64,000 nucleotides of DNA from an uncultured Acholeplasmataceae bacterium (lineage in GTDB: Bacteria > Bacillota_I > Bacilli_A > Acholeplasmatales > Acholeplasmataceae), in the NCBI GenBank assembly GCA_963539755.1, contig CAUTMP010000003.1, forward strand, positions 9,058 to 73,057, given 5' to 3'. The notes below the pieces were generated by a model. The model worked only from the letters and a program-made list of their open reading frames with translations, did no database searches and was not told the origin of the DNA. Within the stretch, counting starts at the first letter, position 1, and every line of letters starts with the position of its first letter. A program made the translations under genes and the position numbers. This document shows, one piece after another, positions 1-11,265 of this stretch.

Positions 1-1
1 C

Positions 2-1115
<1,114 letters not shown>

Positions 1116-1118
1116 TTT

Positions 1119-2507
1119 ATGGAAAAAAATGAAAAACAACTTACTTTTGAAGAAATCGTTACTTACTGTAAACAACAAGGCTTTGTCTATCAAGGCAGCG
1201 AGATTTACGGTGGACTTTCTAATACTTGGGATTTCGGACCACTAGGCGCACTGCTTAAACAAAACATTAAAGCAGCCTGGACTAAATACTTTATCCAAGC
1301 GTTTCCTCGCAACCAACTACTTAACGGACCAATTTTGCTTAACAACTTAGTTTGGCAAGCATCTGGGCACGTCAAAAGTTTTTCAGACCCGTTAATTGAA
1401 TGTAAGGCCTGCAACCAAAGATTTAGAGCAGACAAATTAGTTTTTGACTTCAACGGTTTTGATGTAGACGGCATGAAAACCAAAGAAATAGAACACTATA
1501 TTACTGAACACAGAATTCCTTGTCAAAACTGTCAAAAAATCGAGTGGCTACCACTTCGTGCGTTTAATATGATGTTTGAAACTTACCAAGGGGTTGTCCA
1601 AGACAACACAGACAAAATTTATCTGCGTCCTGAAAACGCTCAAAACATTTTTATTCAGTTTAAAAATGTGCTTAGAACAACTCGCGCTAAGTTGCCATTT
1701 GGAATTGGCCAAATCGGAAAAGCTTTTCGTAACGAAATTACACCTGGCAACTTTATTTTTAGAACTCGTGAGTTTGAACAAATGGAACTTGAGTACTTTG
1801 TAAAACCTGGCACAGAACTTGAGGTTTTTGCTTTCTTTAAAAAATACTGTATGCAGTTTTTAACAGACCTGGGAGTTAATCCTGCTGACTTAATTTACTC
1901 AGATCACAAAAAGGAAGCCTTGGCGTTTTACTCAAACGCCACTACCGACATTCAATACCGCTTTCCGTGGGGGTTTGACGAACTTTGGGGAATTGCTTCA
2001 AGAACCGACTACGACCTTTCTCAACATCAAAAGTTTTCAGGCCAAGACATGAGTTATTTAGATCCAGATGACAGCTCTCGTTTTGTACCATACTGCGTGG
2101 AGCCAAGTGTTGGGGTTGAGCGTTTGTTTTTTATGTTTATAGCAAACGCCTTAAAAGAAGAAGAGGTGGAAGCCGGAGATATTCGCCAAGTTCTGAAAAT
2201 CTCTCCATTTTTAGCGCCATACAAAGCAGCAATCATTCCTTTAAACAAAGTGAAACACTCAGAACTTGCTGAGTCAATTTACCGTCAAGTTGCCAAAGAC
2301 TTTGACTGTTATTTAGAAGAAAGTGGCGGGTCTGTTGGAAAGAAATACCGCCGACAAGATGCAATCGGTACACCTTTTTGCATTACCGTGGACTTTGAAA
2401 GCGAAGACACTCAAACTGTGACAATTCGTGACCGCGACACAATGCAACAAGAGAGAATTGCCATCAAAGATATCAATCAATATCTGCTAAATAAAATTAA
2501 ACTTTAG
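1119..2507 (+). CDS. glyQS: glycine--tRNA ligase, single-chain (alpha2) type
   Basis: 462 aa. N-terminus FVYQGSEIYGGLSNTWDFGPLG and the class II motifs (FRNEITPGNFIFRTREFEQMELEYF; GVERL) are typical of GlyQS. Confidence 0.92.
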   Translation: MEKNEKQLTFEEIVTYCKQQGFVYQGSEIYGGLSNTWDFGPLGALLKQNIKAAWTKYFIQAFPRNQLLNGPILLNNLVWQASGHVKSFSDPLIECKACNQRFRADKLVFDFNGFDVDGMKTKEIEHYITEHRIPCQNCQKIEWLPLRAFNMMFETYQGVVQDNTDKIYLRPENAQNIFIQFKNVLRTTRAKLPFGIGQIGKAFRNEITPGNFIFRTREFEQMELEYFVKPGTELEVFAFFKKYCMQFLTDLGVNPADLIYSDHKKEALAFYSNATTDIQYRFPWGFDELWGIASRTDYDLSQHQKFSGQDMSYLDPDDSSRFVPYCVEPSVGVERLFFMFIANALKEEEVEAGDIRQVLKISPFLAPYKAAIIPLNKVKHSELAESIYRQVAKDFDCYLEESGGSVGKKYRRQDAIGTPFCITVDFESEDTQTVTIRDRDTMQQERIAIKDINQYLLNKIKL

Positions 2508-2511
2508 AAAA

Positions 2512-4278
2512 TTGCAAACAAATCAAGACAACATCTTTACTAAAATTAACTCAGAAATCAATATTTTAGAGTTAGTTCAAGAACTAGGGATAGCGGTGAC
2601 TCAAACCGGCAAGAACTTCAAAGCGCTTTGTCCGTTTCACAATGACAGCAATCCCTCACTTTCTATTTCTGTTGAAAAAAACATTGCCTATTGCATGTCT
2701 TGCAAAACTGGTGGCGCTCCTTTTAATTTCTATCAAAAATTCAAAAAATTAGATACAAAGGCTACGCTTGATTATTTTTCTAAAAGACTAAATTTAGGAT
2801 ATACATATAAACCAGACCCGCTTGAAAAAGAATACACGGCGTGTGCAGAGGCGGCTAAGTTCATGCACATGCGTTTACTTAAAACCAACTCTGGGGCTGA
2901 GTATTTGACTTATTTAACTGAAAAACGCAGATTAACTCTTGAGACCATTCGGCACTTTCAAATAGGTGTTGCGCTTAACGATAACTTAATGTCTGAAACC
3001 TTGATTAAACAAGGAATTACAGAACAGACTTTAAAAAACACTTCGCTTATTGGCACGCACGGTGAGCGTATTTATGATTTCTTTAAAAACCGTGTGATGT
3101 TTCCGCTTAAAAACGTAAGCGGTAAAATTGTTGGGTTTTCTGGTCGTGCTTTAACTGAATTTAAAGATAACCCAAAATACGTAAACTCACCAGACACTTT
3201 AGTATTTAAAAAAGAAGAAGTAATTTATCACTTGTCAGATGCACTTCAAGAAAACCCTAAAAAAGAAGTAATTTTAGTTGAAGGTTTTTTTGACGTGATT
3301 GCTCTTTTTAACGCAGGTTTTAAAAATGCTTGCGCGACAATGGGAACTACTTTAACTGAAACTAACTTAAAGATGCTTGTTGAAAACGCAAAAAGTATCG
3401 TTTTAATGTATGACGGTGACTTACCGGGACAAAAGGCCGCCGAAAGCGTAGCCTTTAAGTTTTTAAGGTTTCCCAAAACCAATGTTTATATTGTAAATAT
3501 TCCAAATAAACAAGATCCAGACGAGTATTTTCAGACCAACGGCAAAGCCGGAATTGAGAAACTACTTAGCCAAAAACAAGATATATTGACCTTCTTTTTT
3601 AACAAAATAGTAAGTCAAGTAGATGGTTCTGACATTACTTCTGTTATGCGTTTTAAAAATAACTTTAAAGAAGTTTTTAAATATGCAGACGAGACAGTTA
3701 AGAACTTATTTATCGCCAAAACTAAAGAAAAACTCAACATAGATTTAAGTTTAAAAGAATTTACTGAAGTCAAACCAACGCTTAAACCGGCAGTTAAACC
3801 AAAGGCTAACTCAGAAATTGAGAAACTAAGACAGGCGATGAATACACTAGTTTTACACTGCTTAAACTCAGAAATTGAGGAACACGCTATTGCTTTAATT
3901 AAAAGAGATATCCTTAGACACTTTGAGTTTCAAAGTTACAGTATTTTGCTTTTTACGATTTTAACTCACTTAATTGAAAGTAAGTTATACGGCAAAAACA
4001 AAACAGCCACTCAAGTTAAGGTCTACTTTGAAACAGTAGAAGGCCTAAAGCCTGTAGAAAGACAAGAGATTTTAAAGAAAATTAACACCGCCATTGAAAC
4101 AGTTGAAAACAACGAAAGCACAGAGCCAGCGGCGATTACTGCAGACATTGTTAAAATTCTTGCGCACATTAAAAAAATCCGAAAACTTATTGCTGCAACT
4201 ACAAAAGAAGTCTCTACAACTTCAAGTAAAGTAGAAATTGATGCTTTTACTAAAGAAGCGAGCGAAATTTTAAATTAA
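2512..4278 (+). CDS. dnaG: DNA primase
   Basis: 588 aa with a TTG start. CHC2 zinc finger CPFHNDSNPSLSIS...C..C, TOPRIM EGFFDV ... YDGDLPGQKAA. Confidence 0.88.
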   Translation: MQTNQDNIFTKINSEINILELVQELGIAVTQTGKNFKALCPFHNDSNPSLSISVEKNIAYCMSCKTGGAPFNFYQKFKKLDTKATLDYFSKRLNLGYTYKPDPLEKEYTACAEAAKFMHMRLLKTNSGAEYLTYLTEKRRLTLETIRHFQIGVALNDNLMSETLIKQGITEQTLKNTSLIGTHGERIYDFFKNRVMFPLKNVSGKIVGFSGRALTEFKDNPKYVNSPDTLVFKKEEVIYHLSDALQENPKKEVILVEGFFDVIALFNAGFKNACATMGTTLTETNLKMLVENAKSIVLMYDGDLPGQKAAESVAFKFLRFPKTNVYIVNIPNKQDPDEYFQTNGKAGIEKLLSQKQDILTFFFNKIVSQVDGSDITSVMRFKNNFKEVFKYADETVKNLFIAKTKEKLNIDLSLKEFTEVKPTLKPAVKPKANSEIEKLRQAMNTLVLHCLNSEIEEHAIALIKRDILRHFEFQSYSILLFTILTHLIESKLYGKNKTATQVKVYFETVEGLKPVERQEILKKINTAIETVENNESTEPAAITADIVKILAHIKKIRKLIAATTKEVSTTSSKVEIDAFTKEASEILN

Positions 4279-4282
4279 AGAA

Positions 4283-4915
4283 ATGAAAGAAACCAATAGA
4301 CTTAAGTTTTTAGCCAGACTTGCAAAAGGTGCGAGTGTAGTTTTAGACATAGGCTCTGACCACGGATATTTTTTAAAAATCTTGTTTGATAAATATAACT
4401 TAAAAAAAGGGATAGCCGTTGACAATAAAGCCTTGCCTCTTGAAAACGCCAAACGTAATTTAAAGGGCTACAATTGCGACTTTGTACTCTCAAATGGTTT
4501 TGAAAAAGTTAGCGCTAATTTTGAGGTTTGTAATATCTCGGGAGTCGGAGGAATTACTGCGATTGAAATCCTTAAACTCGCAATACCTGGAAAATACATA
4601 GTTTCTGTGCACTCAAAACTAGCAGAACTTAAGCAATTTTTAAACGAAAAAGGCTTTTGGCTACTAGACGAATACATTGTTTTTGACAAAGGCGTATACT
4701 ATAATGTTCTTGTTTTAAGTCTAAAAAATGAGAAACCAGAAACTCCTTTTGACTGTTTTTACTCGCCCTTTATTTTAAATAAAGAAGGATACGAAAGTTA
4801 CTTTCTTGAACTTAAAGAAAAGTGCATAAAAATTCTTAAGTTCAGGCCAAATGACAAAAAAACTTTATTAGAACTTAAATACATTGACCTGTATTTGTCT
4901 AAACACCTAAAATAA
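4283..4915 (+). CDS. trmK: tRNA (adenine22-N1)-methyltransferase
   Basis: 210 aa. The SAM-binding start VLDIGSDHGY and the overall length are typical of TrmK/YqfN. Starts 4 nt after dnaG. Confidence 0.75.
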   Translation: MKETNRLKFLARLAKGASVVLDIGSDHGYFLKILFDKYNLKKGIAVDNKALPLENAKRNLKGYNCDFVLSNGFEKVSANFEVCNISGVGGITAIEILKLAIPGKYIVSVHSKLAELKQFLNEKGFWLLDEYIVFDKGVYYNVLVLSLKNEKPETPFDCFYSPFILNKEGYESYFLELKEKCIKILKFRPNDKKTLLELKYIDLYLSKHLK

Positions 4916-4937
4916 TTTTAATAAGAGAGGTTTTAAT

Positions 4938-6485
4938 ATGAAAAAAATATTTTTATTTATCTTAACCCTGTTAAGCGTGCTTAGTTTAAGTGCGTGCAAA
5001 CTATACGACCCACGCTGGATAATTCCTGACAACAAAGAAACTCAAAGCAGTGGCGAAATAGAACAACTACAGCGAAAAATTTTTGACTACTACAAACAAA
5101 ACTACTACAAAGACATAGACGAACAGCTGTTTGATAGACTTAAATACGGCTCTCTTGAAAACTTTATGAGCTCAGTTTTAGACAAATATTCAAGAGTGTT
5201 TGTAAATTACCCTGAACTTTCGGGAAGTGAACCTTCACCATACGACCCAAAAGAAGAAGCGAGAGATGAAATCGGTGTTTCTTTTCAATACCAAGCGAAG
5301 TTTCCAAGATTGATTGTCAAAAGTGTCTACAAACAGTCAAGCGCTTTTGGCAAACTTTATCCAACTGACGAAATTCTTGGTGTAGTTAACTCAAAAAACA
5401 ACGACGAAAAGTTGTATTTTGAACAGGCTCAAGACATTAGTGCAAGAATTGCTGTTGAAATGATTAGAACTCAAACTGATGAAAACAACGGCAAAGTTAA
5501 GTTAATTGTGCAAAGCAAAGACGCAAACGATGAGCGTATTGTTGAAGTTGAAAGAAGAAAAACTTACCACCGTTCAGTGGAAGAACTAAGCACAGTAGAT
5601 CCAAAAACCGCGGTTATTAGAATTAGTGAGTTTAAAAAAGACATTACTGGCGATGCTTTTGTCTCTCTTTTAGATAAACTAGAAAAGTCTAAGTTAACTT
5701 CAAGCGACAGCACTTTAATTTTAGATTTAAGAAACAATCCAGGTGGTGAACTTGGCGCTCTTGAAACAATAGTTGGCGCTCTTTTGCCAAAATCAGAAAA
5801 TCCATATGCTAAATTAGTTAACTCAAAAACTAAAGAAGAACACATCATTGAAGGTAAACTTGAAAGCAAAAAACCTTATAATATCAAAGTTTTAGTAAAC
5901 CAAAACTCAGCATCTGCCGCCGAAGTTTTAGCAGCTTGTTTAAAATATGGCGGAGGCTACAAACTATACGGAACTGAAACTTTTGGTAAAAACATTTACC
6001 AAAGTTACTATGTGCTGCAACAAGCGACTTTTTCAAAACCGCAAATCACCCTTTCTTGCACTCAAGGTTTTTGGCATTATTTTGACCACACACAAAACAA
6101 ATGGCAAACTTTGGACAAAGAAAACAACCCATTTGAAGTTGAAAAGTTACCCGACGAAAATGCTTACACTTTAAACGACAAACAAGACTTTTTCCTTGAG
6201 AAAGACATTAAAAAAGACACAGTTAATCAAGACGCTAAAGTCATTCAAAGATATCTATCTCTTCGCTATGCTGCCTTGCTTAAAGCAAATTCAGAGACTA
6301 TGCGCACAGACGGATATATTGATGAAACCACTATTAAATACATCAAAAAATTCCAAGCAGACTCTGGCTTAACACCTTTAGAAACTGCTGACATAAACAC
6401 TAGAAAAGCCCTTTATAAAGCGATGTCAACATACTATGACAACCCAGATACTGACTTTTTAGTTCAGTTTGCGAAAGCAAATTAA
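4938..6485 (+). CDS. lipoprotein, S41 (C-terminal processing) peptidase with a C-terminal PG_binding_1-like domain
   Basis: Signal peptide plus lipobox LSLSAC. S41 core LDLRNNPGG ... [13 protein letters not shown]. The C-terminal ~60 aa (VIQRYL...[23 protein letters not shown]...T.KAL) matches the peptidoglycan-binding-domain pattern. RBS AAGAGAGG lies upstream. Confidence 0.8.
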   Translation: MKKIFLFILTLLSVLSLSACKLYDPRWIIPDNKETQSSGEIEQLQRKIFDYYKQNYYKDIDEQLFDRLKYGSLENFMSSVLDKYSRVFVNYPELSGSEPSPYDPKEEARDEIGVSFQYQAKFPRLIVKSVYKQSSAFGKLYPTDEILGVVNSKNNDEKLYFEQAQDISARIAVEMIRTQTDENNGKVKLIVQSKDANDERIVEVERRKTYHRSVEELSTVDPKTAVIRISEFKKDITGDAFVSLLDKLEKSKLTSSDSTLILDLRNNPGGELGALETIVGALLPKSENPYAKLVNSKTKEEHIIEGKLESKKPYNIKVLVNQNSASAAEVLAACLKYGGGYKLYGTETFGKNIYQSYYVLQQATFSKPQITLSCTQGFWHYFDHTQNKWQTLDKENNPFEVEKLPDENAYTLNDKQDFFLEKDIKKDTVNQDAKVIQRYLSLRYAALLKANSETMRTDGYIDETTIKYIKKFQADSGLTPLETADINTRKALYKAMSTYYDNPDTDFLVQFAKAN

Positions 6486-6499
6486 GGTGGGCCCGGACA

Positions 6500-7786
6500 T
6501 TGGAAATCCCGCTTATTGAACTTAAAGACATCACGAAAAGTTTTGACAACCAAATAGTTTTGCGTGGTGTCTCTCTAAACATTAACGACAACGAATTTGT
6601 TACACTTCTTGGTCCTTCTGGTTGTGGTAAAACCACTTTACTTAGAATCATTGGTGGTTTTGAAACCCCTGGTTCTGGCGATGTTTTGTTTTGTGGCAAA
6701 AGCATAGTTGATGTGCCAGCACACAAAAGACAAACTAACACCGTATTTCAAAAATACGCACTTTTTCCGCACCTTAATGTTTTTGAAAACATCGCTTTTC
6801 CACTTAGAATTAAAAACTACCGCTTTAGATTAAAAGAAGCGATTAAAAAACTTTACCAAGAATACTTAGAAAAGTCTGAAAAAACCAAAGATAAAGCAGA
6901 GTTAAAAGAGCTAAAAAAGACCTATAAAACCAAAGTTTGGGCGCTAAAACATCCAAACGCTAAAATTGATTTAGAAATTAAAGCACTAAAAAGAGGCGAG
7001 AAAACTGAAGACAACTTAAAGAAAATCGCCGAACTTAAAAAGAAAAGAGTAACGGCTAAGTTAATAGAAGCCGAACTTGCTAAAAAAGTTTTAAAATACT
7101 TAAAATTAGTTGGCCTGCAAGGCTTTGAAAACCGTGAAGTTTCTTCACTTTCTGGTGGTCAACAACAGCGAGTTGCGATTGCTCGTGCCTTAATTAACGA
7201 ACCAAAAGTCTTGCTACTTGACGAACCACTAGCGGCTCTTGACTTAAAAACTCGTCAAGAGATGCAGTATGAACTAAAAGAAATGCAGAAAAATGCAGGA
7301 ATTACTTTTATTTTCGTTACTCACGACCAAGAAGAAGCGCTGACTATGTCTGACAAAATTGTTGTCATGAACAAAGGAGAAATTCAACAAATCGGAACTC
7401 CAGTTGATATTTACAATGAACCTGTTAACCGCTTTGTTGCGCGTTTTATTGGTGAATCTAATATTATACCCGCTACCATGAAAGACGACTTTTTGGTTAG
7501 TTTTGACCACAAAGAACTTGAGTGCGTAGACTCTGGATTTTCAAAAAACCAAGCAGTTGAAGTCGTACTTCGCCCAGAAGACATTGATATTGTAAAAAAA
7601 GGCACAGGTAAGTTTACAGGAGTCACAGACTCCGTAGCCTTTAAAGGTATATTTTACGAAATTGACGTGCAAACTAAAGACCGAGTTTACACAATTCACA
7701 CCACTGACTACGTGCCAGTTGGCAAAGAAGTTGACATAGACTTTAACCCGGAAGACATCCACGTCATGGAAAAGGAAAATGAATAG
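6500..7786 (+). CDS. potA: spermidine/putrescine ABC transporter ATPase with a Lys/Glu-rich insertion
   Basis: TTG start 9 nt after AAGGTGG. Walker [10 protein letters not shown], signature LSGGQQQR, Walker B LLLDEP, and a C-terminal TOBE-like domain. About 80 extra residues lie between the Q-loop and the signature. Confidence 0.88.
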   Translation: MEIPLIELKDITKSFDNQIVLRGVSLNINDNEFVTLLGPSGCGKTTLLRIIGGFETPGSGDVLFCGKSIVDVPAHKRQTNTVFQKYALFPHLNVFENIAFPLRIKNYRFRLKEAIKKLYQEYLEKSEKTKDKAELKELKKTYKTKVWALKHPNAKIDLEIKALKRGEKTEDNLKKIAELKKKRVTAKLIEAELAKKVLKYLKLVGLQGFENREVSSLSGGQQQRVAIARALINEPKVLLLDEPLAALDLKTRQEMQYELKEMQKNAGITFIFVTHDQEEALTMSDKIVVMNKGEIQQIGTPVDIYNEPVNRFVARFIGESNIIPATMKDDFLVSFDHKELECVDSGFSKNQAVEVVLRPEDIDIVKKGTGKFTGVTDSVAFKGIFYEIDVQTKDRVYTIHTTDYVPVGKEVDIDFNPEDIHVMEKENE

Positions 7787-8600
7787 AAAAATTTTAGACT
7801 CGAAAAGAGTCTTTAACTTTTCTTTGTTTTTACCTTACTTAGTCTTAATAGTTTTTTTAATTGTTATTCCTTTTATTTTAATGGTGCTCTATTCTTTTAA
7901 AGACAACGCGAGCACCGAGCGAATTAAGTTTACTTTTGAAAACTATACAAATATTTTTACCGACAAAACCGCATCCAAATTGATGTACTCATCAATTAAA
8001 CTATCGGCAATTGCTACCCTAATTTGTCTACTGTTTGGTTATCCTTTAGCATACTCTATTACTTTTTTAAAGAAACGCGCGCAAGTTTTGTGTCTGAGTT
8101 TAATAACTGCGCCAATGTGGATTAACATGTTAATTAAAGTGCTTTCTATCAAACAGGTTCTAGAAATTCTACCTTTCAATATTTTGGGAACCAACTCAGC
8201 GATAGTTTTAGGCTTGGTATATTCTTTCTTGCCGTTTATGGTCTTGCCAATTTACGCAAGTCTTTCTAAAATGGACAATTCGCTGAAAGAAGCCGCGGCT
8301 GACCTTGGGGCAAATAACTTCAAAACTTTTAAGTCAGTTGTTTTGCCTTTGAGTTTGCCAGGTGTGTTTTCAGGGATTTTGCTCGTATTTCTGCCAGCAG
8401 CAACTAGCGTCGTAATTCCAAAATACTTAGGAAATGGGCGTTATTTAATTGGCAATTTTATAGAACAGCACATCACTCAATCTGGTCGCTTTGGCTTTGG
8501 TTCGGCTATTGCCATTGTGTTTTCGCTGATTATGATTGCGATTTTACTGCTAATTAAAGTAGCAGATAGAATTAGGTATAAGTGGAATGAAAGACAATAG
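7779..8600 (+). CDS. potB: spermidine/putrescine ABC transporter permease
   Basis: 273 aa, multi-TM, with an EAA-like loop ([23 protein letters not shown]). Overlaps potA and potC. Confidence 0.85.
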   Translation: MNRKILDSKRVFNFSLFLPYLVLIVFLIVIPFILMVLYSFKDNASTERIKFTFENYTNIFTDKTASKLMYSSIKLSAIATLICLLFGYPLAYSITFLKKRAQVLCLSLITAPMWINMLIKVLSIKQVLEILPFNILGTNSAIVLGLVYSFLPFMVLPIYASLSKMDNSLKEAAADLGANNFKTFKSVVLPLSLPGVFSGILLVFLPAATSVVIPKYLGNGRYLIGNFIEQHITQSGRFGFGSAIAIVFSLIMIAILLLIKVADRIRYKWNERQ

Positions 8601-9399
8601 AAGTTTAATATTTAGGAAAATTTTTGTCTCACTGGCCATAATTTTAATTTATATCCCGGTGGTTTTTGTCATCATTTTTTCATTTAACTCCAAAAAATCA
8701 CTAAAAGAACTCTCTGGTTTTTCAGTTAAGTGGTACCAGGAGTTGTTTTTGCGCCCTAACTTAACGCAGGCCGTAATTTATACCATTATTATTGCCGTAA
8801 TTTCTACAATAATTTCTACAATTATTGGCACACTGGCCGCAATTTCTATTGCGAATTTTTCCAAAAAACGAAAAGATGCTATTTTCTTTTTTAACAACAT
8901 CCCAATAATTTCGCCAGACATTATTTTTGGGCTTTCTTTATTTTTCTTTTTTACCGCTTTTAAAATTCCGCTAGGCTTTTTTTCAATCTTACTTGCCCAC
9001 ATTGCTTTCTCGGTTCCTTTTGTGCTTGCTGCTGTTTATCCAAAAATCTTGACTTTGGATAAAAACATCTTAGACGCAGCATATGACTTGGGATGCGGAT
9101 ACTTTACCGCGATTTTCAAAATTTTAGTTCCGCAAATCAAAGAAGGTATACAAGCAGGTGCCGTGATTGCCTTTACCATGTCTTTTGACGACTTTATTAT
9201 TTCTTACTTTGTTTCAGGTAGTTCAAACATCCAAAACATCTCAATATATCTCTATACCTTAAAAAGAGGACTAAACCCTTCAATCAATGCACTTTCTACT
9301 TTGATTATCTTGGTAATAATGATTAAAGTGGTTTACGACTACGCAACTGCACTGATTAAAGTCAGAAAAGAAAGAAAGGAAATTACACACAATGTTTAA
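8587..9399 (+). CDS. potC: spermidine/putrescine ABC transporter permease
   Basis: 270 aa, multi-TM, with EAA-like loop LDAAYDLGCGYFTAIFKILVP. Operon context supports the call. Confidence 0.85.
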   Translation: MKDNRSLIFRKIFVSLAIILIYIPVVFVIIFSFNSKKSLKELSGFSVKWYQELFLRPNLTQAVIYTIIIAVISTIISTIIGTLAAISIANFSKKRKDAIFFFNNIPIISPDIIFGLSLFFFFTAFKIPLGFFSILLAHIAFSVPFVLAAVYPKILTLDKNILDAAYDLGCGYFTAIFKILVPQIKEGIQAGAVIAFTMSFDDFIISYFVSGSSNIQNISIYLYTLKRGLNPSINALSTLIILVIMIKVVYDYATALIKVRKERKEITHNV

Positions 9400-10654
9400 G
9401 CCGAGATTAGTTAAATATTTAATTTCCTTTTCACTACTTTTTTTGTTTTTCTTTTTTGTTATTTATAACTTTGTGGTTAACCGCAAGAAAGTTAAACTAC
9501 TAATTCCAAACGAGTTTTTTGCAGACGAAGAATTAGTTCCGCGTTTTGCTCGTCAAAACAAAAAAGGACTGGCTTTTTCTAACTTCACCAGCAACGAGGT
9601 AGCTGTTCAAAAAATCTCAAACGAAGATAAGTTCGACATTTCAGTCCTTTCTGACTACGCAGCCGTTCAAATGATGCAAAAAGGCTACATTCAAAAAATT
9701 GACTGGAGTAGAATAAAATATAAAAAAGAAGAGATTTTTTCACCACAAATCTACAGACTAATCAAAGATTACAACAAACAAATTAGCACAGACCCTGAGT
9801 TTGATTTTTTGGATTACTCAATTCCTTATTTCTGGGGTTATGTTGGTCTGTTTTACAACACAGCAGGTGACAACGCCGAAGAACTTAAAAAAGACGTTGA
9901 AAATCTCGGTTGGGGGATATTTCAAACCAAAGAAAAATACCCAAAAATGGCAATGTACGACAGTTCCAGAGATGGTTTTATGGTAGCGCTTAAACACCTT
10001 GGCTACACAATGAACCCGCTTTTAGATACTGACAAAAACCAAAAACAAAACCGACCTGCTATTAGTGCTGCCATGGATTTTTTGAAAACCTCTATTCAAA
10101 ACAACCCAGAGATGCGCTTTATTACCGACGAAATTTTTGACGCAATGGCAGACGGTACTTTTGATTTAATTAACGCGTATTCTGGAGACGCTCTAAACAT
10201 CATTAAAGGTCAAGACGGCAAGGTCAATCAAAACCTTAAGTTCGCGAAACCCAAAAGCGGCACTAACTTCTTTATAGACGGTCTGCAAATTCCGAAAACC
10301 GCAAATTTAGACAATGCATACGACTTTATTAACTTCATGCTGGATTTTGAAAACGCCAAAGATAACGCAGATGAAATTGGCTACATTTCTCCGCTTAAGT
10401 CAGTTCACAAGAAACAGTTAATGGATACTTTTGATTTAAAAGATAAGAGTTTAAATCTTCGTTTGTTAGAGGCTCAAATTGATAAGTTTTTTGAAACTGG
10501 TAAAGTCACAGATATTGAAATCAAACCTAAATACGAAAATTTATTTGAAATACTAACTACACAAAAAGGCGATAAAGATGAGTTGTTTTTACACGAAGAC
10601 AACATGAAAAAAGAAATAGATAGGCTCTGGATTTCATTTAGAGGTTCAAATTAA
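9392..10654 (+). CDS. potD: spermidine/putrescine-binding protein, membrane-anchored by an N-terminal TM helix
   Basis: 420 aa, last gene of the potABCD arrangement. The N-terminal hydrophobic helix has no lipobox Cys. PotD-like segments are present (YSIPYFWG, AYSGDA). Confidence 0.75.
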   Translation: MFKPRLVKYLISFSLLFLFFFFVIYNFVVNRKKVKLLIPNEFFADEELVPRFARQNKKGLAFSNFTSNEVAVQKISNEDKFDISVLSDYAAVQMMQKGYIQKIDWSRIKYKKEEIFSPQIYRLIKDYNKQISTDPEFDFLDYSIPYFWGYVGLFYNTAGDNAEELKKDVENLGWGIFQTKEKYPKMAMYDSSRDGFMVALKHLGYTMNPLLDTDKNQKQNRPAISAAMDFLKTSIQNNPEMRFITDEIFDAMADGTFDLINAYSGDALNIIKGQDGKVNQNLKFAKPKSGTNFFIDGLQIPKTANLDNAYDFINFMLDFENAKDNADEIGYISPLKSVHKKQLMDTFDLKDKSLNLRLLEAQIDKFFETGKVTDIEIKPKYENLFEILTTQKGDKDELFLHEDNMKKEIDRLWISFRGSN

Positions 10655-10755
10655 AATAGTCCAAAAACTCGCTAAAAATCCAACTAAATCGCCACAAAAT
10701 CTAAAGTTTTTAAAAAAACTTGCCAAAAATACAAAATTTAGGCAGATTTTTTGCC

Positions 10756-10815
10756 AAAAACACGAAAATTAAGCAACAAAATGGCTTAGCAGTGTGTTTT
10801 TTCTCTTTATTTTTC
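10756..10815 (+). terminator. candidate compound hairpin terminator after potD
   Basis: AAAAACAC ... GTGTTTTT outer stem with an inner TTAAGC/GCTTAG pairing, followed by TTCTCTTTATTTTT. Confidence 0.35.
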
Positions 10816-10917
10816 AAAAAAATATTATATAATTATTTTGTATTTAGTAAATATTTGAAAGGGATCTGGAGCAAACACTAAATACTTAAATAAATTGCTT
10901 CTAGATATAAATTAAGT

Positions 10918-11181
10918 ATGAAAATTACTAAAGTTCAAGTTAAACTTCTTGAAGATTCACAAAAACTTCTTGCAGTTGCTTCAGTTGTGTTTGACGATGT
11001 ATTCGTTGTTCACGGTGTAAAAGTTCTTGAAGGAGAGTCAGGTCTATTTATCGCTATGCCTTCTCGTAAAACTAACACTGGTGAAAACAGAGACATTGCA
11101 CACCCTATTGTAAGTGAATTTAGAGCAGAATTAACAGACGCTGTATTAAAAGAATACAACGCTCAAGTTCAAGCTAAATAA
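10918..11181 (+). CDS. spoVG: SpoVG family protein
   Basis: 87 aa. MKITKVQVKL...AVASVVFDDVFVVHGVKVLEGESGLFIAMPSRK...RDIAHPI is the canonical SpoVG pattern. Confidence 0.92.
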   Translation: MKITKVQVKLLEDSQKLLAVASVVFDDVFVVHGVKVLEGESGLFIAMPSRKTNTGENRDIAHPIVSEFRAELTDAVLKEYNAQVQAK

Positions 11182-11205
11182 GTTAATTTAATATAATTTT
11201 AAAAT

Positions 11206-11236
11206 AAAAGTAGGGTCTACCTACTTTTATTTTTTT
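11206..11236 (+). terminator. rho-independent terminator of spoVG
   Basis: AAAAGTAGG-GTCTA-CCTACTTTT followed by ATTTTTTT. Confidence 0.8.
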
Positions 11237-11265
11237 AAACTAAAAAACAAATAAGAAGGTTACAC

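Noticed and set aside
10669-10763. Four T(C/T)GC(C/T)A(A/C)AAA motifs spaced 20, 31 and 31 bp apart between potD and spoVG.
   Set aside because: The phasing is suggestive of A-tract bending or a binding array. However, the motif is short and degenerate and sits in A-rich DNA. The last copy is part of the probable potD terminator stem. I cannot distinguish it from low-complexity sequence without comparative data.
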